A DNA stretch of 63,973 bases, filler included, from Octopus bimaculoides (GCF_001194135.2; 8 parts of 8 records of this genome joined end to end with filler, not necessarily neighbours in it), one strand, 5' to 3'. Counted from the whole stretch's first letter, positions 1-13,886 are shown. Notes: generated from the sequence alone by a model not told the origin. Program-made: numbers and translations.

Positions 1-699
1 CCAGCACCAAGTAGTGTACAGACCCCTGAACAAGAAGATATTGTGTTACATTTTCAGATTTCTTGGAATATATTTTTCTTTCAATCAAACATGTCTTTCC
101 TGTCAATTTTCACTTTCACTTTTTATCTAAACATTTTTTTTTAGCAGTTTTAATTGTTTTGAGACATAAGGTCAGTTGTGTGGATCAAATTGGATTGGAT
201 CAGATTGGTGAGGTAATGAGAAGGAGGGGTAGGGATAGAGACCATAGTTGATATTATAGATCTAAGCACAAACAATACCAGTCATTGTTTACAATGCCTT
301 TTCACCCTCTTCAAGTTAATCTCCACCCCTATTTATTTCTTTAAACATCTCCCCCCCATTACCACATACCTAATTGAAATCTTTTTTTCTTTCTTGACAT
401 AAAGTCAGCGATTTAGCTTTTTTTTTTCCTGTAAAATGAAGAGCAGAGTCAATAGGGTCTTTAGTCAAATTAATTGTTAATCTTCTTATATTACTGGTAC
501 TTCATTATATAGATTAATCATTAATGATGGTGCCCCAGTATGGGCTTGATCTAGTAACTGAAACCAGTAAGAAAAGTTAATGAGTGGTCATCCTATGCAA
601 TTGATCAATCTGTTAGAAATAGCAACCAAATTCCCCTAAAATTACAACCTTTTGTCTCAAAAGTGAAGGAGAATGTTAGATAAAATAGTCCCCAATACA

Positions 700-1030
700 T
701 CATCATCATTTAACATCTGTGGTCCATGGGTTGGACAGTTTGACCAAGGCTGGTAAGCTGAAGGGCTGCACCAGACTGCAGTCTGATTTGGCATGGTTTC
801 TATGGCTGGATGCCCTTCCTAACACCAATGGCTGCTTTTACTTGCCACTGGCATGGGTGCCAGTTACGTGACACCAAGATCTGTCATGACCACAATTTCA
901 CTTGGCTTGATGGGTCTTCTACTCAAGCATGGCATGTTGCCAAAGGTCTGTCATTTGTCATTGCTTCCGTGAGGCCCAACACTTGGAAGGTGCTTTTTAT
1001 GTGCCACCGGCAAGGGTGCTAGTTACGTGT
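700..1030 (+). mobile_element. Family-E interspersed repeat (ggctggatgcccttcctaac core)
   Basis: The same core recurs at ~2710-3060, ~4010-4177 and ~18000-18230. Confidence 0.7.
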
Positions 1031-1879
1031 CACCAGTATGAAAAAAATATAGGATTAGTGTTTGATATCTTTGATTAAAGGTTTGCTTGCTCAAGACTGA
1101 TCTGGGCCAAATCATCATCATTAACACTGTTTAATGTCCACTTTTCCATGCTTCCATGGGTCAGCTGGAATTTGTCGAGGCAGATTTTCTACCATGTGAT
1201 GCTCTTCCTGTTGCCAACCTGCATCTATTTCCAAACAAAGTAATATTTCCCCATGGACATGTTTTCATGAAAGATTATAAATGGTTGACACCACTTGTAT
1301 GATGGTGACTCTCGTTTACAATTTATCATGCAATGATAGTAGCAAAATGACAAGTGTATATATGTATGTGTACACACACACAATGGGCTTCTTTCAGTTT
1401 CTGTCTATCCGATTTACTATCAAGGCTTTGGTCTGCCTGGGGTATAATAGATGCTTGTCAAAGGTGCCATGGTCTGAAATTGAACTAAAATCTATTTGGC
1501 TGAGAAGTGAAGTTCCTAACCACATAGCCATGCCTTACATATATTAGTCCGTTGTGTAGACATGTAGTACACTACAACTACTAAAATGGATTGTTATAGA
1601 AATAAGGGAAATGGTGAATAAAAATGAGGTACCTTTTGACAAGTCACCTGAGGACTCATTTGCCCCTTTGATGCACCACAATTGTTTGTACAGCATCTCA
1701 CAATGGGTCAAAACAACCATAGAGAATAAATAGTCTTGTGAATTCCATTTTCTTTCTCTCGTGTGTGTGAGTAATGCAGGTGGAGTTTCTTCAAATGCAG
1801 TTGCTGCATGTGTGACTGCTACTCCCATGTGGGCCTGTTCAGACACTGCATCACCATCGGTAGCTGACACAAATTCTTC

Positions 1880-2180
1880 AAGTCTGACACTTTGGGCAGA
1901 TTTCTGCTATAGCTTTGGGCTGACCAAAGCCTTGTGAGTGGATTTGGTTGACGGAAACTGAAATAAGACTGTGTGTGTCTTTGTGCCTGTTTTTTCCCCG
2001 CCACTGTTTGACAACCGGTGTTGGTATGTTTACATCCCTGTAACTTAGCGGTTCTGCAAAAGCGACAGAAAATGTACCAGGCTTATGAAAATGACTACTG
2101 GAGTCAGTTTGTTTGACTAGAATTCCTCAAGGCAATGCCCCAGCATGGCCTCAGTCTAATGAGTGAAACAAATAGAATAC
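1880..2180 (+). mobile_element. Composite of SINE 3' fragments (families B and D)
   Basis: ccttgtgagtggatttggttgacggaaactgaaa and gtaacttagcggttctgcaaaag...ccccagcatggcc motifs recur at ~4580-4775, ~19960-20220, ~51305-51480, ~61510-61670 and ~62545-62860. Confidence 0.65.
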
Positions 2181-2312
2181 ACATAAACACATGACAATCT
2201 TCTTTCAGTATCTGTCTACCTACTCCACTTGTAAGGTAGTTTTGGTCAGCCCAGGGTTGTAAAAAAACTTAATAACAAAATAATTACCTTCATTTTTGTT
2301 TTGTTTTTCCAG

Positions 2313-2453
2313 GTCCACTTTGACTGTGGCATTGACAGTGAACTACGAGGGGCTTCAGAACCAAGTCGGTGTGAATATGCTTTCAGTTTTGTCACTCCAG
2401 CAAGTTGTGCAAAACCTGCACCTTCCCCAACCACAAACAGAGATGAATTATAA
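2313..2453 (+). CDS. PRKCSH: Terminal coding exon of glucosidase II beta subunit (C-terminal end of the MRH domain plus ER-retention signal)
   Basis: Acceptor tttttgttttgtttttccAG at 2311-2312. The phase-0 frame reads VHFDCGIDSELRGASEPSRCEYAFSFVTPASCAKPAPSPTTNRDEL*, matching the PRKCSH C-terminus pattern V..CG......EPSRCEY....TPA.C...HDEL. A candidate ATTAAA poly(A) signal lies at 2542-2547. No upstream exon was found inside the window. Confidence 0.93.
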   Translation, partial: VHFDCGIDSELRGASEPSRCEYAFSFVTPASCAKPAPSPTTNRDEL

Positions 2454-3639
2454 CAGAAACTATCAAAATATATCTTTCTATTTCTTCTCTCCTCTTCATT
2501 TTTTGTTAATAGGGTCTTTTTTTTTCTCTTTCTAATTTAAAATTAAATCTGTTATATATATATATATATATATGTATATGTATGTATATATAATTCTCTA
2601 AACTCCATTAAATCTTTCATGATTTCTCATCCACTACTTCTGTTTTGCGTTTGTTGTATATGCGTGTTAAGATTTTTCTGAGATTTCTGATTCCTGCTGT
2701 TTCATCATCATTTAATATCTGCCTTCTATGCTGTCATGGATTGGATGGTTTAACAGGAGCTGGCCAGACAGAAGACTGCACCTGAATTCTGTGTCTGTTT
2801 TTGGCATAGTTTTTATGGTTGGATGTCCTTCCTAACACCAACCACTCCACAGATTGGACTGAGTGCTTTGTGGCACCAGCACAGGTGAGGTCAGTCTTAG
2901 CATGGTTTTTATGACTGGATGCCCTTCTAAATGCAACCACTTTACTGTGTGGTCTGGATGCTTTTCACATGGCACCAGCACCGGCAGGGCCACCAAGTAA
3001 CTTGCAAGGGGAGGAAGCGTTGGAGGAAGTGATCTTGTGTCACATGATGAAAGGTTAGAGTGGAAGTAAATTGTAATGACACATTTTGAAGTTTAGATGT
3101 TTAAAATTGCATTTGGACAGCAAACTTTTTAACCACACAGCCACACTAGTGCCTATAAGTCTATTTGTTCGAAATCTATGATTTTACCTGGTATTGTTAT
3201 TCAGTTTGTCACGTTCATGCACCAAAGAGATGAAATGAACTGGTTGTGTTTCCAAATATGACTACCTTCCATATTTCTCATTGATCATAACGTTTCCATT
3301 TACTTATCCTGGAGGATAAGGCAGAAGACGCATGCTCAAGATATGGTTTCATGTCGTAGGATCGATTCCTGTGGCCTTGTGATTGCAGGACTGGCTCCTT
3401 AACCAGTTAAACGTGCTGTGTAAAAGATCTCTAACCAATAGTATTCAAACCGTGACCATCTCGTCTGTTTTCCTCGACGGAGTGCACTTTTAGTCACAGT
3501 ATCTCTGAAATCAGACGTTTGTTCAGTTAAGTTTTGCAACCTTAGGGTTTTGGTTTCAGTTCCGTTACGTGACACCTTGGGCAAACCCTGGCTGACCAAT
3601 GCCTTGTGAGTGAATTTGGTAGACAGAAACTATGTGGAA

Positions 3640-3858
3640 GGCGGTGAGCTGGCAGAAACGTTAGCATCCGGGCGAAATGCTTAGCGGTATTTCGTCTGCC
3701 GCTACGTTCTGAGTTCAAATTCCACCGAGGTCGACTTTGCCTTTCATCCTTTCGGGGTCGATAAATTAAGTACCAGTTACGCATTGGAGTCGATGTGATC
3801 GACTTAATCCCTTGTTTGTCCCTTCTATGTTTAGCCCCTTGTGGGCAGTAAAGAAATA
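3640..3858 (+). mobile_element. SINE family A (ggcggcgagctggcagaa...) inserted into an older SINE
   Basis: B-box-like gagttcaaattcc. Perfect 15-bp TSD agaaactatgtggaa at 3625-3639 and 3859-3873. Confidence 0.88.
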
Positions 3859-4177
3859 AGAAACTATGTGGAATCCTGTTGTGTGTTTATATAATAAATA
3901 TATAATATAATGATATATTATTATTTAATATTATATAATAGTACGATTATTTTAGCTATGAAACAATTGTAGTCTTTACCTTCTCCATTCCTTACATTCT
4001 CGGAGATATTGTCATTTACCGTCTGTTCTCCATGCTCGCATGGGTTGGCCGGTTTGACAGGAGCTGGAGAGCTGTTCAGGCTCCGTTTTGTCTATTTTGG
4101 CATGGTTTCTGCGAATGGATGCCCTTCCTAACGCCAACCATTTTACAGTGTTATGAGTGTTGTTTACGTGACACCGG

Positions 4178-4546
4178 TGGAGGCGCAATGGCCCAGTGGT
4201 TAGGGCAGCGGACTTGCGGTCATAGGATCGCGGTTTCGATTCCCAGACCGGGCGTTGTGAGTGTTTATTGAGCGAAAACACCTAAAGCCCCACAAGGCTC
4301 CGGCAGGGGATGGTGGTGAACCCTGCTGTACTCTTCCACCACAACTTTCTCTCACTCTTACTTCCTGTTTCTGTTGTGCCTGTAATTCAAAGGGCCAGCC
4401 TTGTCACACTGTGCCACGCTGAATCTCCCTGAGAACTGCGTTAAGGGTACACGTGTCTGTGGAGTGCCCAGCCACTTGCACGTCAATTTCACGAGCAGGT
4501 TGTTCCGTTGATCGGACCAACTGGAACCCTCGACGGAGGGCCAACA
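4178..4546 (+). mobile_element. tRNA-derived SINE family C, full length
   Basis: A box tggcccagtgg and B box ggtttcgattcc in a tRNA-like head. 12-bp TSD acgtgacaccgg at 4166-4177 and 4547-4558. Near-identical copies at ~54113-54450 (-) and ~57573-57778 (-). Confidence 0.9.
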
Positions 4547-5348
4547 ACGTGACACCGGCACTAGCGCGCGCGTGCGTGTGTGTGTGTTGCCCTCAGCCAC
4601 TAGCTCAACAATCGGAGTTTGTTTATGTCCCTATTACCTAGTGGTTCGGCAAAAGAGACTGATACAATAAGTCCCAGTCTTGAATAAGCACGAGTTGATT
4701 TGCTCAATCAAACCCTATGGGGTAGAAACCCAGTATGGCCGCTGTCCAACGACTGAAACTAAAGGTAAAGGATGTGATTTTCGGGAGATTTGGTTACTAT
4801 ATCTAGCAGGGCGTGTGACTGTATTAAGAGTCTCTCTCCCTCTCTCTCTGGTCTGAATATATTAAATTTCGATGGCAGAGGAAACAGAATGAGGAGGAGA
4901 GAAAGGATGGTGAACAGCTGAAGAAACGAAGTGACAATCGATGTGGAGAAGTAAGAGGACGAGGAGGGTAAAGTGGGAGGAGAGGAGTGAGAAGTAAAGA
5001 AAACGAAGGGGAGGAGTTATGGCGAGTCAGGGAAAAGGTGAGGGGTGTTGAAGAGTGGGAGAAACGTGGTGGTAGAGGTGTGAGGAAGTGGAAACAGAAT
5101 GGGGGGGGGGTTGGATCTGAAGTAGAAGAGGAGGAGAAAGTAGATAGAAAGGGAAAAGAAATAGAGGGAAGGGGAGAGATGAAGAATAATGTAAAAATTT
5201 AGTTGTGTATGTGTGTGTGTATATATGTATGTGTATATATAATATATATATATATATGAATGCATGCATATATGTATAGTGTGTGTGTATATATATATAT
5301 ATTGCATATGTGTGTGTGTGCGCAAGTATTTATGTATAAGTATTATGC

Positions 5349-5385
<37 letters not shown>

Positions 5386-5903
5386 TAAACACACGCATGT
5401 GTACATGTACCCACACACACATGTACACGTAGCGTCTAAGTGCTTATCTAATGATGCTGGAGTGCAAATGATATCGTGTTATTGAGTAATGTGATATCAG
5501 GCGGTAGTGATGGTGGTGGTGGTTGCGTATTAACGTATAGAAGTATATGGAAGGATGAAAGAGACAAAGAAAAAATGTCGAGAGGGAGAGAGAGTGGGGG
5601 GGGGGGAATGAAAAAAAGGTGATAAAGGGGAGAAAAAGAAAGACTGAATAAGACAAAAAAGAGGAAGTATAATGTTATGGTGAATGAAATACAAGAAAAG
5701 AACACGTGAAAGAGTGATATATGCAAAGGCAAGGCTGTGTAGAAGATATATCCATAATGTGTTTGTCTTTGGACTGCGGCTATGCTGGGACATTGTCTCG
5801 AAGGGTTTAGTGCAGTGGTTCCCAGCCTAAGGTCCGCTGACACCTGGTGGTTCGCAGAAGTAGTACTGGGGCTCCGTGAACTAAATTCAAAATTTCATTT
5901 TTA

Positions 5904-7618
5904 CAGTATTTCACAGAAGTGTGTACACCCCTAGAAAGATTTCAGTAAAATTGCCATTACTCCTATAATATTGAAGGAAATCAAAGAAAATTTATACTGA
6001 ATAAAATATATTTATACATGCAAACATTATACAAATTTGGAACACAAAACAAGCATTTTCAAAGATATGAACGAAATGTTAATTTTCAAACGTTACAAAA
6101 ATATGTACATCCTAAATGATTATTTGCTATATTCAATATTTGGTGTGATTGCCCTTGCTTTCAATTACTGCATTAAGTCTTCTGGGCATAGAGTCGACTA
6201 AATTTTCGCATATAACCGTTGAAATCGACCTCCATTCATCCTAAATGATGTCTTTGAAATGTGTTACATTGCGGGTTTTTTTCTCCTCAACCTTTCTTTT
6301 CAAAACATCCCATCATCTTTGAAGTGTGTTTAGAGTCATTATCATGTTGGAATATGGAATGTCTTCCTAGTTCCTTGATGCTTTTCAACATTGTATTCTG
6401 CAATATGTCACAATAAAACCTTGAATCCATTGTTCTCTCGATAAATGTGAGTCCTTCCACACCAGCCGCACTCATGCGTCCCCAAAGCATAACACTTCCA
6501 CCGCCGTGTTTCACGGTAGGTACGGTACATTTGTCGCTATTACCTTCACCTGGTCACTGTCATACTCATTTAATACCATCTGACCCAAACAAGTTGATTT
6601 TAGTCTCGTCAGAAATTTTTTTTTTTATTCCAAAAGTCCTCCCCCTTACATAGGTTTCGACAAAAGAAAGACAACTTGATTTTATGCCTGGTAGTGAGGA
6701 GAGACTCATTACGAAAAATGCGACCATGAAAACCACAGTGGTTCAAACTTCGGCAAACTGTTTAGGCCGGGGGTTTTCAAACTGTGGTCCGCGGACCACA
6801 GGGGGTCCGTAGACAGCAAATGCTTTTTATGGGCAATTTGATTTTTATATATGTTTTTTAATCGAAATCTTTTAATTGACAATAAACCTATTGTTAAATA
6901 AATAAATGTAAAAATATATGTTGTTTTAAGCAAATATTTATGTATAAATTTCATAAGCGTTTATAAGGGGGTCCCTAAGGTAAAGCCTGAAATATAAAGG
7001 GGTCTGCAAGTCAAAAAGTTTGAAAACCCCTGGTTTAGGCGGATACACTCTTTCCACTAACAGAAGACACTTCTTGGGTCAAAGATGAAGCGGTACGACG
7101 CCTGTCGTCCATCGCGCAACTTTGGATGTGGCGAATATCACGCACAGTTAAAATGGAAGGACGACCTGGACGATGTTTATTGCTTAACCGTCCAGTAGCT
7201 TTGTACTTCTGAATTACTTTGGCAACTAATATGTATTTGTTTGCTAATTAACTTGTATCCTAAACCATTCTTGTGAAAATTAAAAATAATTTTCTTCAAA
7301 TCTTCAGACAATTCTTTTCCATTTGGTGCTATTTTAACCACAATGAAGAAGACTTTCACCACGGTACACAAATCAGAATTCCTGCAGATGCAATAACAAG
7401 GACCGGTGCAAAAATGCCAGGAGAAATAATTTATTAGAATTGAAATTATCAGCGATATCTGAATTTAGTGAAAAAAAAAAAACAAATAAAAAAGTGGATA
7501 AAATATTGAATATAGCAAATATCCTTTCGGGTGTACATATTTTTCTATCGTTTGAAAATTAACATTTCGTTCATATCTTTGAAAATGCTTGTTTTGTGTT
7601 TCAACTTTGCATAATGTT
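5904..7618 (-). mobile_element. Decayed Tc1-family DNA transposon with long IR/DR-type terminal inverted repeats
   Basis: TA|CAGT start at 5902-5907. Bases ~6020-6140 are the reverse complement of ~7500-7618. Transposase remnants lie on - from ~7330 to 6133 (APNGKELSEDLKKII..., KHGGGSVMLWG, IFQHDNDSKHTS, ...GNHTKY*), with frameshifts and stops. Confidence 0.9.
6768..7032. mobile_element. Non-autonomous hAT-type MITE nested in the Tc1
   Basis: TIRs cgggggttttcaaact / agtttgaaaacccctg. Perfect 8-bp TSD gtttaggc at 6760-6767 and 7033-7040; 8-bp TSDs are characteristic of hAT elements. Confidence 0.88.
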
Positions 7619-7623
7619 GGGAT

Positions 7624-7676
7624 GTACTGGGTTGTCCGGAAAGTTCGTGCCGATTTTTAAAGGAAAGAAAAAGGTC
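7624..7676 (+). mobile_element. Probable mariner-type element end interrupting the Tc1 right TIR; truncated by a gap
   Basis: tactgggttgtccggaaagttcgtgccgattttt begins where the Tc1 TIR match stops and runs into Ns. Confidence 0.45.
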
Positions 7677-8302
7677 NNNNNNNNNNNNNNNNNNNNNNNN
7701 NNNNNNNNNNNNNNNNNNNNNNNNNNNNNNNNNNNNNNNNNNNNNNNNNNNNNNNNNNNNNNNNNNNNNNNNNNNNNNNNNNNNNNNNNNNNNNNNNNNN
7801 NNNNNNNNNNNNNNNNNNNNNNNNNNNNNNNNNNNNNNNNNNNNNNNNNNNNNNNNNNNNNNNNNNNNNNNNNNNNNNNNNNNNNNNNNNNNNNNNNNNN
7901 NNNNNNNNNNNNNNNNNNNNNNNNNNNNNNNNNNNNNNNNNNNNNNNNNNNNNNNNNNNNNNNNNNNNNNNNNNNNNNNNNNNNNNNNNNNNNNNNNNNN
8001 NNNNNNNNNNNNNNNNNNNNNNNNNNNNNNNNNNNNNNNNNNNNNNNNNNNNNNNNNNNNNNNNNNNNNNNNNNNNNNNNNNNNNNNNNNNNNNNNNNNN
8101 NNNNNNNNNNNNNNNNNNNNNNNNNNNNNNNNNNNNNNNNNNNNNNNNNNNNNNNNNNNNNNNNNNNNNNNNNNNNNNNNNNNNNNNNNNNNNNNNNNNN
8201 NNNNNNNNNNNNNNNNNNNNNNNNNNNNNNNNNNNNNNNNNNNNNNNNNNNNNNNNNNNNNNNNNNNNNNNNNNNNNNNNNNNNNNNNNNNNNNNNNCTC
8301 CG

Positions 8303-8762
8303 CCTTAGAATATTGGTTTCAAATTTTGGCCCAAGGCTAGCAAGTTTGGTAGAGGCAATAAATCGATTACATCGACCCCAGTGCGTAACTGGTACCTGTT
8401 TTATCGACCCCGAAAGGGATAAATGGCAAAGTCGACCTCGGCGGAATTTGAACTCAGAACGTAACGGCAGACGAAATACCGCTAAGCATTTCGCCCGGTG
8501 TGCTAACGTTTCTCCCAGCTCGTCGCAATAATAATAATAATAATAATCCTTTCTACTAAAGGCACAAGGTCTGAAATTTTTGGGAGAGGTGACTAGCCGA
8601 TTACATTGACCTTACTGTTTCACTGGTACTTAATTTATCGACCCCGAAAGGATGAAAGTAAAGTTGACCTTGGCGGAATTTGAACTCGGAACGTAGCAAC
8701 GGGTGAAATATCGCTAAGCATTACGTCCGGCGTGCTAACGATTCTGCCAATTCGCTGCCTTA
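8303..8762 (-). mobile_element. Two tandem family-A SINE copies separated by (AAT)n
   Basis: Both contain the reverse complement of the family-A core (atcgaccccgaaaggatgaaag...ggcggaatttgaactc). The (AAT)n spacer is at ~8528-8547. Confidence 0.85.
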
Positions 8763-11007
8763 ATAATAGTAACAACAACAACAATAATAATAATAATGGT
8801 GATGATAATGATAAATAATAAAGGAAAATGGTGATAATAATAATAACAATAAAGAAGAAAATATAACAAGAAGACGAAAAGGAAGAAAAAGAATAATGAT
8901 AACGAAGAAAGGAAAAAGGGAAGGAAGAAAAAGGATAATAATAATGAAGGAGACAGAAGGTAAAGAAGAAGAAAAAGACGGAAAGTAGAAGAAATGAGAG
9001 ATGATTGTTTAAGATATTCTGCTGCCTCTTTGAATAGAAAAGGTGAGAAACGATTCATTTCCGGTGGAAGAACGTGTAAACAGATGCAATGATAAAACTT
9101 GTTGGAGAGCAAACGTCTTTTGCAGAAAAATCTAGAAGGCAGAAGAGATTTTATTTCGATCGTCTGCTTTTATGCAATTTGTTTGTTGGTTGATTTCGTT
9201 TGTTAAGTTGTTTCCGCTATTCTTAAACTGACCGACGTTAAAGTCCTCAGCGGCTTTTCGTCAATTAGAATTTGGTGAAAGGAAATTGGACATCAACTGA
9301 TGTCTGAATAAAATAGTTCCGATTCTCATTTAAGAGAAACAAAAACACTGATTTCTCTCTAACCCGCTCACTCTCCGTTTTATTTTCTCCCATTTCCTCC
9401 TTTCTCTCTTTCGTTTCCTCCACCTCTTCCTCTCTCTCTCTCTCATTAATTCTCTCCTCTGTTGCACCCCACCATCACCCATTTTCGATAAAGAGATCTC
9501 GCAAATTGTGTTTGAAGGGAAAAAATAAATTATCAAGAAGAGGAAAAAGAAGTTGATGCGCCATTCAAAACGTTTTGTACAACCGACAAATATGGATAGA
9601 ATAAAGCCTCAGAGAAAAAAAAAATGATGTTTTCTGTCTGTCTGTCTGTCTGTGCGGCTTGCCTTCATTCTATGTTTTTTTAATTTTTTGTGGGGCGGGG
9701 GTTGTTTTCAAATAAAACAGTAATATTAATTTCATGATCAAACAAACACTTGAGGTGTACGAAAAAATAGCATAGCGGCCGGTTATATATATATATATTT
9801 CGTTTATTTATTTATTTTATTGTTTTCGCTGTTTTGTTGTATTATTTTTGTCACTGTTACAACATTTTTGAACCATGTCAAGAGGAAATGATATTTCTCT
9901 ATTGGCCGGCTTCTTTCTTATATCTTCCCCAATAATAATAATAATCATGCCATTAATCGTCGAACGAAAGAAACAAGATGGCGAAATCTGTGTTTTTAAG
10001 AAGAAAAGAAAAGAAAAAAAAACGAAAGGAAAACGAATAAGGTTTTGCTGTTCAGTAAATCTTTCGTTTTGTGTGTGTGTTAAGATTATTTTGTTGTATA
10101 TTTTGGCTTCTATGTTTTTTTTTTATGTATATAATTTTACTTTGTATTATTTTATTGATCCGGCAAAAGCAAGTTTGTTTAGTAAAATTACTCACGCTAA
10201 TGCATGAAAATACGATAATAATGCTATTGAATAAATTTATTTGTTCATCAATACAAGGCGGACACTTATAACAGTCACCGTGTGTCTGTCTACCTTCATA
10301 ACAAAAAAAAAGCACACACAAACAACGCAATACCATACAATATAAAACAAAAAGATAAAGCCCCCCCTACCCCAACACTAACCACCATTAGCATCTTAGC
10401 GATGTGTCCATAGAATGAAGAAAATAACTCGAAAAGACGTCATTTTCCGTTTATTTCCGCCAACTGGAGTGTGTTATTTTTAATAAAAGCCAAAATATAT
10501 AAGAGGAAGTACAAGTCGCGGTGATTTGTTTTGGAAGAGAAGCAAAAATATTTATCGAAACTCTTGTGGAGAAAAGCAAAGCAAGATGGAATAATTCAGA
10601 AACATGAGGTAAAAGAAGGTTGGGGGGGGGGGGGTGGAAGAGAAAGAAAGGGAGAAGAAAAGAAAGGGGGAGGAGAAAGAGAGGGATACAAGGTGTGGTG
10701 AAGGGTGGAGTAAGAAGGCACTGAAGAAGACAGAAGAGGACGAAGGAAAGAAAAAAGATAATAAGGGAAGAAGACTAAATATACGTGAAGAACATGGAAG
10801 AAAGGTATTTGTATGGTTGTGTGTGTGGTGGAGAAGTTTAGTTGTTACCCATGTAGTCCTGGGTTCGATCCTGCGCTGTATGCGGCACTTTAGGGACGGG
10901 TATTATTTGTGCCAAAGCCTCGATCCTGACACCTCATTACTTTCTGATTGGAACGTGCTAGATGGAGACTATGCGGTGCGGAAGCCCATCTGTGCATGTG
11001 TGTATGT

Positions 11008-11046
<39 letters not shown>

Positions 11047-11937
11047 TATATATGAGTGTGCATGGCTTAGTGCTTTGGGCGTCGCACTAGCGATCGCGAG
11101 AACGGGATTTCATTTCCCAGATCAGGTGGTGCGTTGTGTTCCTGACCAAAACACCCCTTCATCTCACGCAGCTCTGCGATCACTTCTACATCTGACATGT
11201 GGCACACCGTGCATCTGTTCAGACAACGTCGATTTGATGGAGATTCTGAGTAAATGTATGCCACATACATTTGATCACTATAAACGAATCATCTGTGCAG
11301 GGGATTCNNNNNNNNNNNNNNNNNNNNNNNNNNNNNNNNNNNNNNNNNNNNNNNNNNNNNNNNNNNNNNNNNNNNNNNNNNNNNNNNNNNNNNNNNNNNN
11401 NNNNNNNNNNNNNNNNNNNNNNNNNNNNNNNNNNNNNNNNNNNNNNNNNNNNNNNNNNNNNNNNNNNNNNNNNNNNNNNNNNNNNNNNNNNNNNNNNNNN
11501 NNNNNNNNNNNNNNNNNNNNNNNNNNNNNNNNNNNNNNNNNNNNNNNNNNNNNNNNNNNNNNNNNNNNNNNNNNNNNNNNNNNNNNNNNNNNNNNNNNNN
11601 NNNNNNNNNNNNNNNNNNNNNNNNNNNNNNNNNNNNNNNNNNNNNNNNNNNNNNNNNNNNNNNNNNNNNNNNNNNNNNNNNNNNNNNNNNNNNNNNNNNN
11701 NNNNNNNNNNNNNNNNNNNNNNNNNNNNNNNNNNNNNNNNNNNNNNNNNNNNNNNNNNNNNNNNNNNNNNNNNNNNNNNNNNNNNNNNNNNNNNNNNNNN
11801 NNNNNNNNNNNNNNNNNNNNNNNNNNNNNNNNNNNNNNNNNNNNNNNNNNNNNNNNNNNNNNNNNNNNNNNNNNNNNNNNNNNNNNNNNNNNNNNNNNNN
11901 NNNNNNNNNNNNNNNNNNNNNNNNNNNNNNNNNNNNN

Positions 11938-11969
<32 letters not shown>

Positions 11970-12751
11970 CGCTACAGCAATCATCACATCAATAACGGAA
12001 CTCAAAATATTTACATTGTTTCTGTTGCCATATCTTTGAAACTATGTAAATATTTTGAGTTCCATTATAGATGGGAATATGTTAAAGCAGTGGTGGTATC
12101 CTTTATATTTGAAGTTTTTAATCAATTAAAGAAGTCACTTGAAACGGCCTTAATGAATTGTCACCTGTACATCTTCGTTATTCATTTATATTTCAATCAC
12201 CTACCTTAGAATCTGCACTGCGGAAATACTACAGAAAGTACCTTTATATAAAGTACATGTCTGAATTACCAAGACCGGATAATTATATTATATTATACTA
12301 TATATATATGTTATAATTTAGAACAAACAATAAAAAGTTGTCATTATAGTACTCGGAGTTTCGAATGTTGGAGCGAAGAGCTACGGTTCGTTCTCGTCGG
12401 CTATTAATGGCAACATACACTATGAAAAAATAAAAAATAAAAAAATACACGCAACCATATTCTCACAATACATAGACATAAACCTCCTGCGTTCATAACG
12501 TCTACATACGTACACACTCACACAAACGTGTATACATACATGTACATACACACACACACACAAACATATATGTGTATGTACGTACTAATACATACACTCA
12601 TATCCATACACACACACACACATATATATATATATACGCATATCTATATGTATAAATATCTAGATATATATGTATTATGTTACGTGTATGCATGTAAACA
12701 CCTATGTGTATATAAGGATGAGGCTGCGTATACATATACATATATGTATGA

Positions 12752-12786
<35 letters not shown>

Positions 12787-12800
12787 CATATATATATCTT

Positions 12801-12974
<174 letters not shown>

Positions 12975-13197
12975 CATATATGTATGTATCCCTCTTCGAT
13001 AACCGTGTCCATGATTAAAGCTATTTCATATGAGTGAAACCTCTTGAGAACGGCATGGACGTCCCGATTTCCATAAAATCTCATCCTCACCTTCCAAATA
13101 TAAAATACTTTCTGTTGTATAATCAAAAGAAAGCAATTATCTTATAATATTTTGTCCAAACAAACCAACATACCTTACGGAACTATGGACTTCAATT

Positions 13198-13231
<34 letters not shown>

Positions 13232-13325
13232 AGTTACATGCGCGTGCACACGCTGACAATGACACACGCTCACACAACCACACTGGTATACACNNNNNNN
13301 NNNACACACACACACACACACACAC

Positions 13326-13396
<71 letters not shown>

Positions 13397-13886
13397 TGCG
13401 TATGCGCGCGTGTCTTTGTGTGTGCGTGCGTGCATGCGTGCATATAGACTCAATGATGGTAATGATGGTGATGGTGATGGTTATTGATAGAGGTGGTGAA
13501 GTTGAGAAGGTAGTGTTGGCGGTGGTGGTGGTGGTGGTGGTGACGGTGGTGTTGTTGGTGGGGATGGTGGTAGTAGTGTTGTTGTTAGTGGTAGTTATGG
13601 TGGTGGTGGTGATGGTGGTGGTGGTGATGGTGGTGGTAGTGGTGATGGCGGTGATAGCTTTACTATAACTGACTAGGAAGTGCAGGTGATGGTGATTGTT
13701 GTTCTGGTGGTCGTAGTGGTAGTGTAGTGGTAGTGGTAGTGGTGATGGTGGTGATGGATATATTGCGCTGTCTCCACTCTCCTATCTACCCCATATGTCC
13801 GTCTAAGCGAGTACCATACTACACTTCCGAGATGCAACTGTGATCCCTGCAGAGTGCAATGTGACTGTCTGAATACGGTGCATCAT

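Noticed and set aside
1544-1870. 108-aa minus-strand ORF in the PRKCSH intron
   Set aside because: No recognisable domain, in-frame stop just upstream within a SINE, and no splice support.
4180-4250. tRNA-like sequence
   Set aside because: It is the head of a SINE with body, tail and TSD; no complete cloverleaf acceptor stem is supported.
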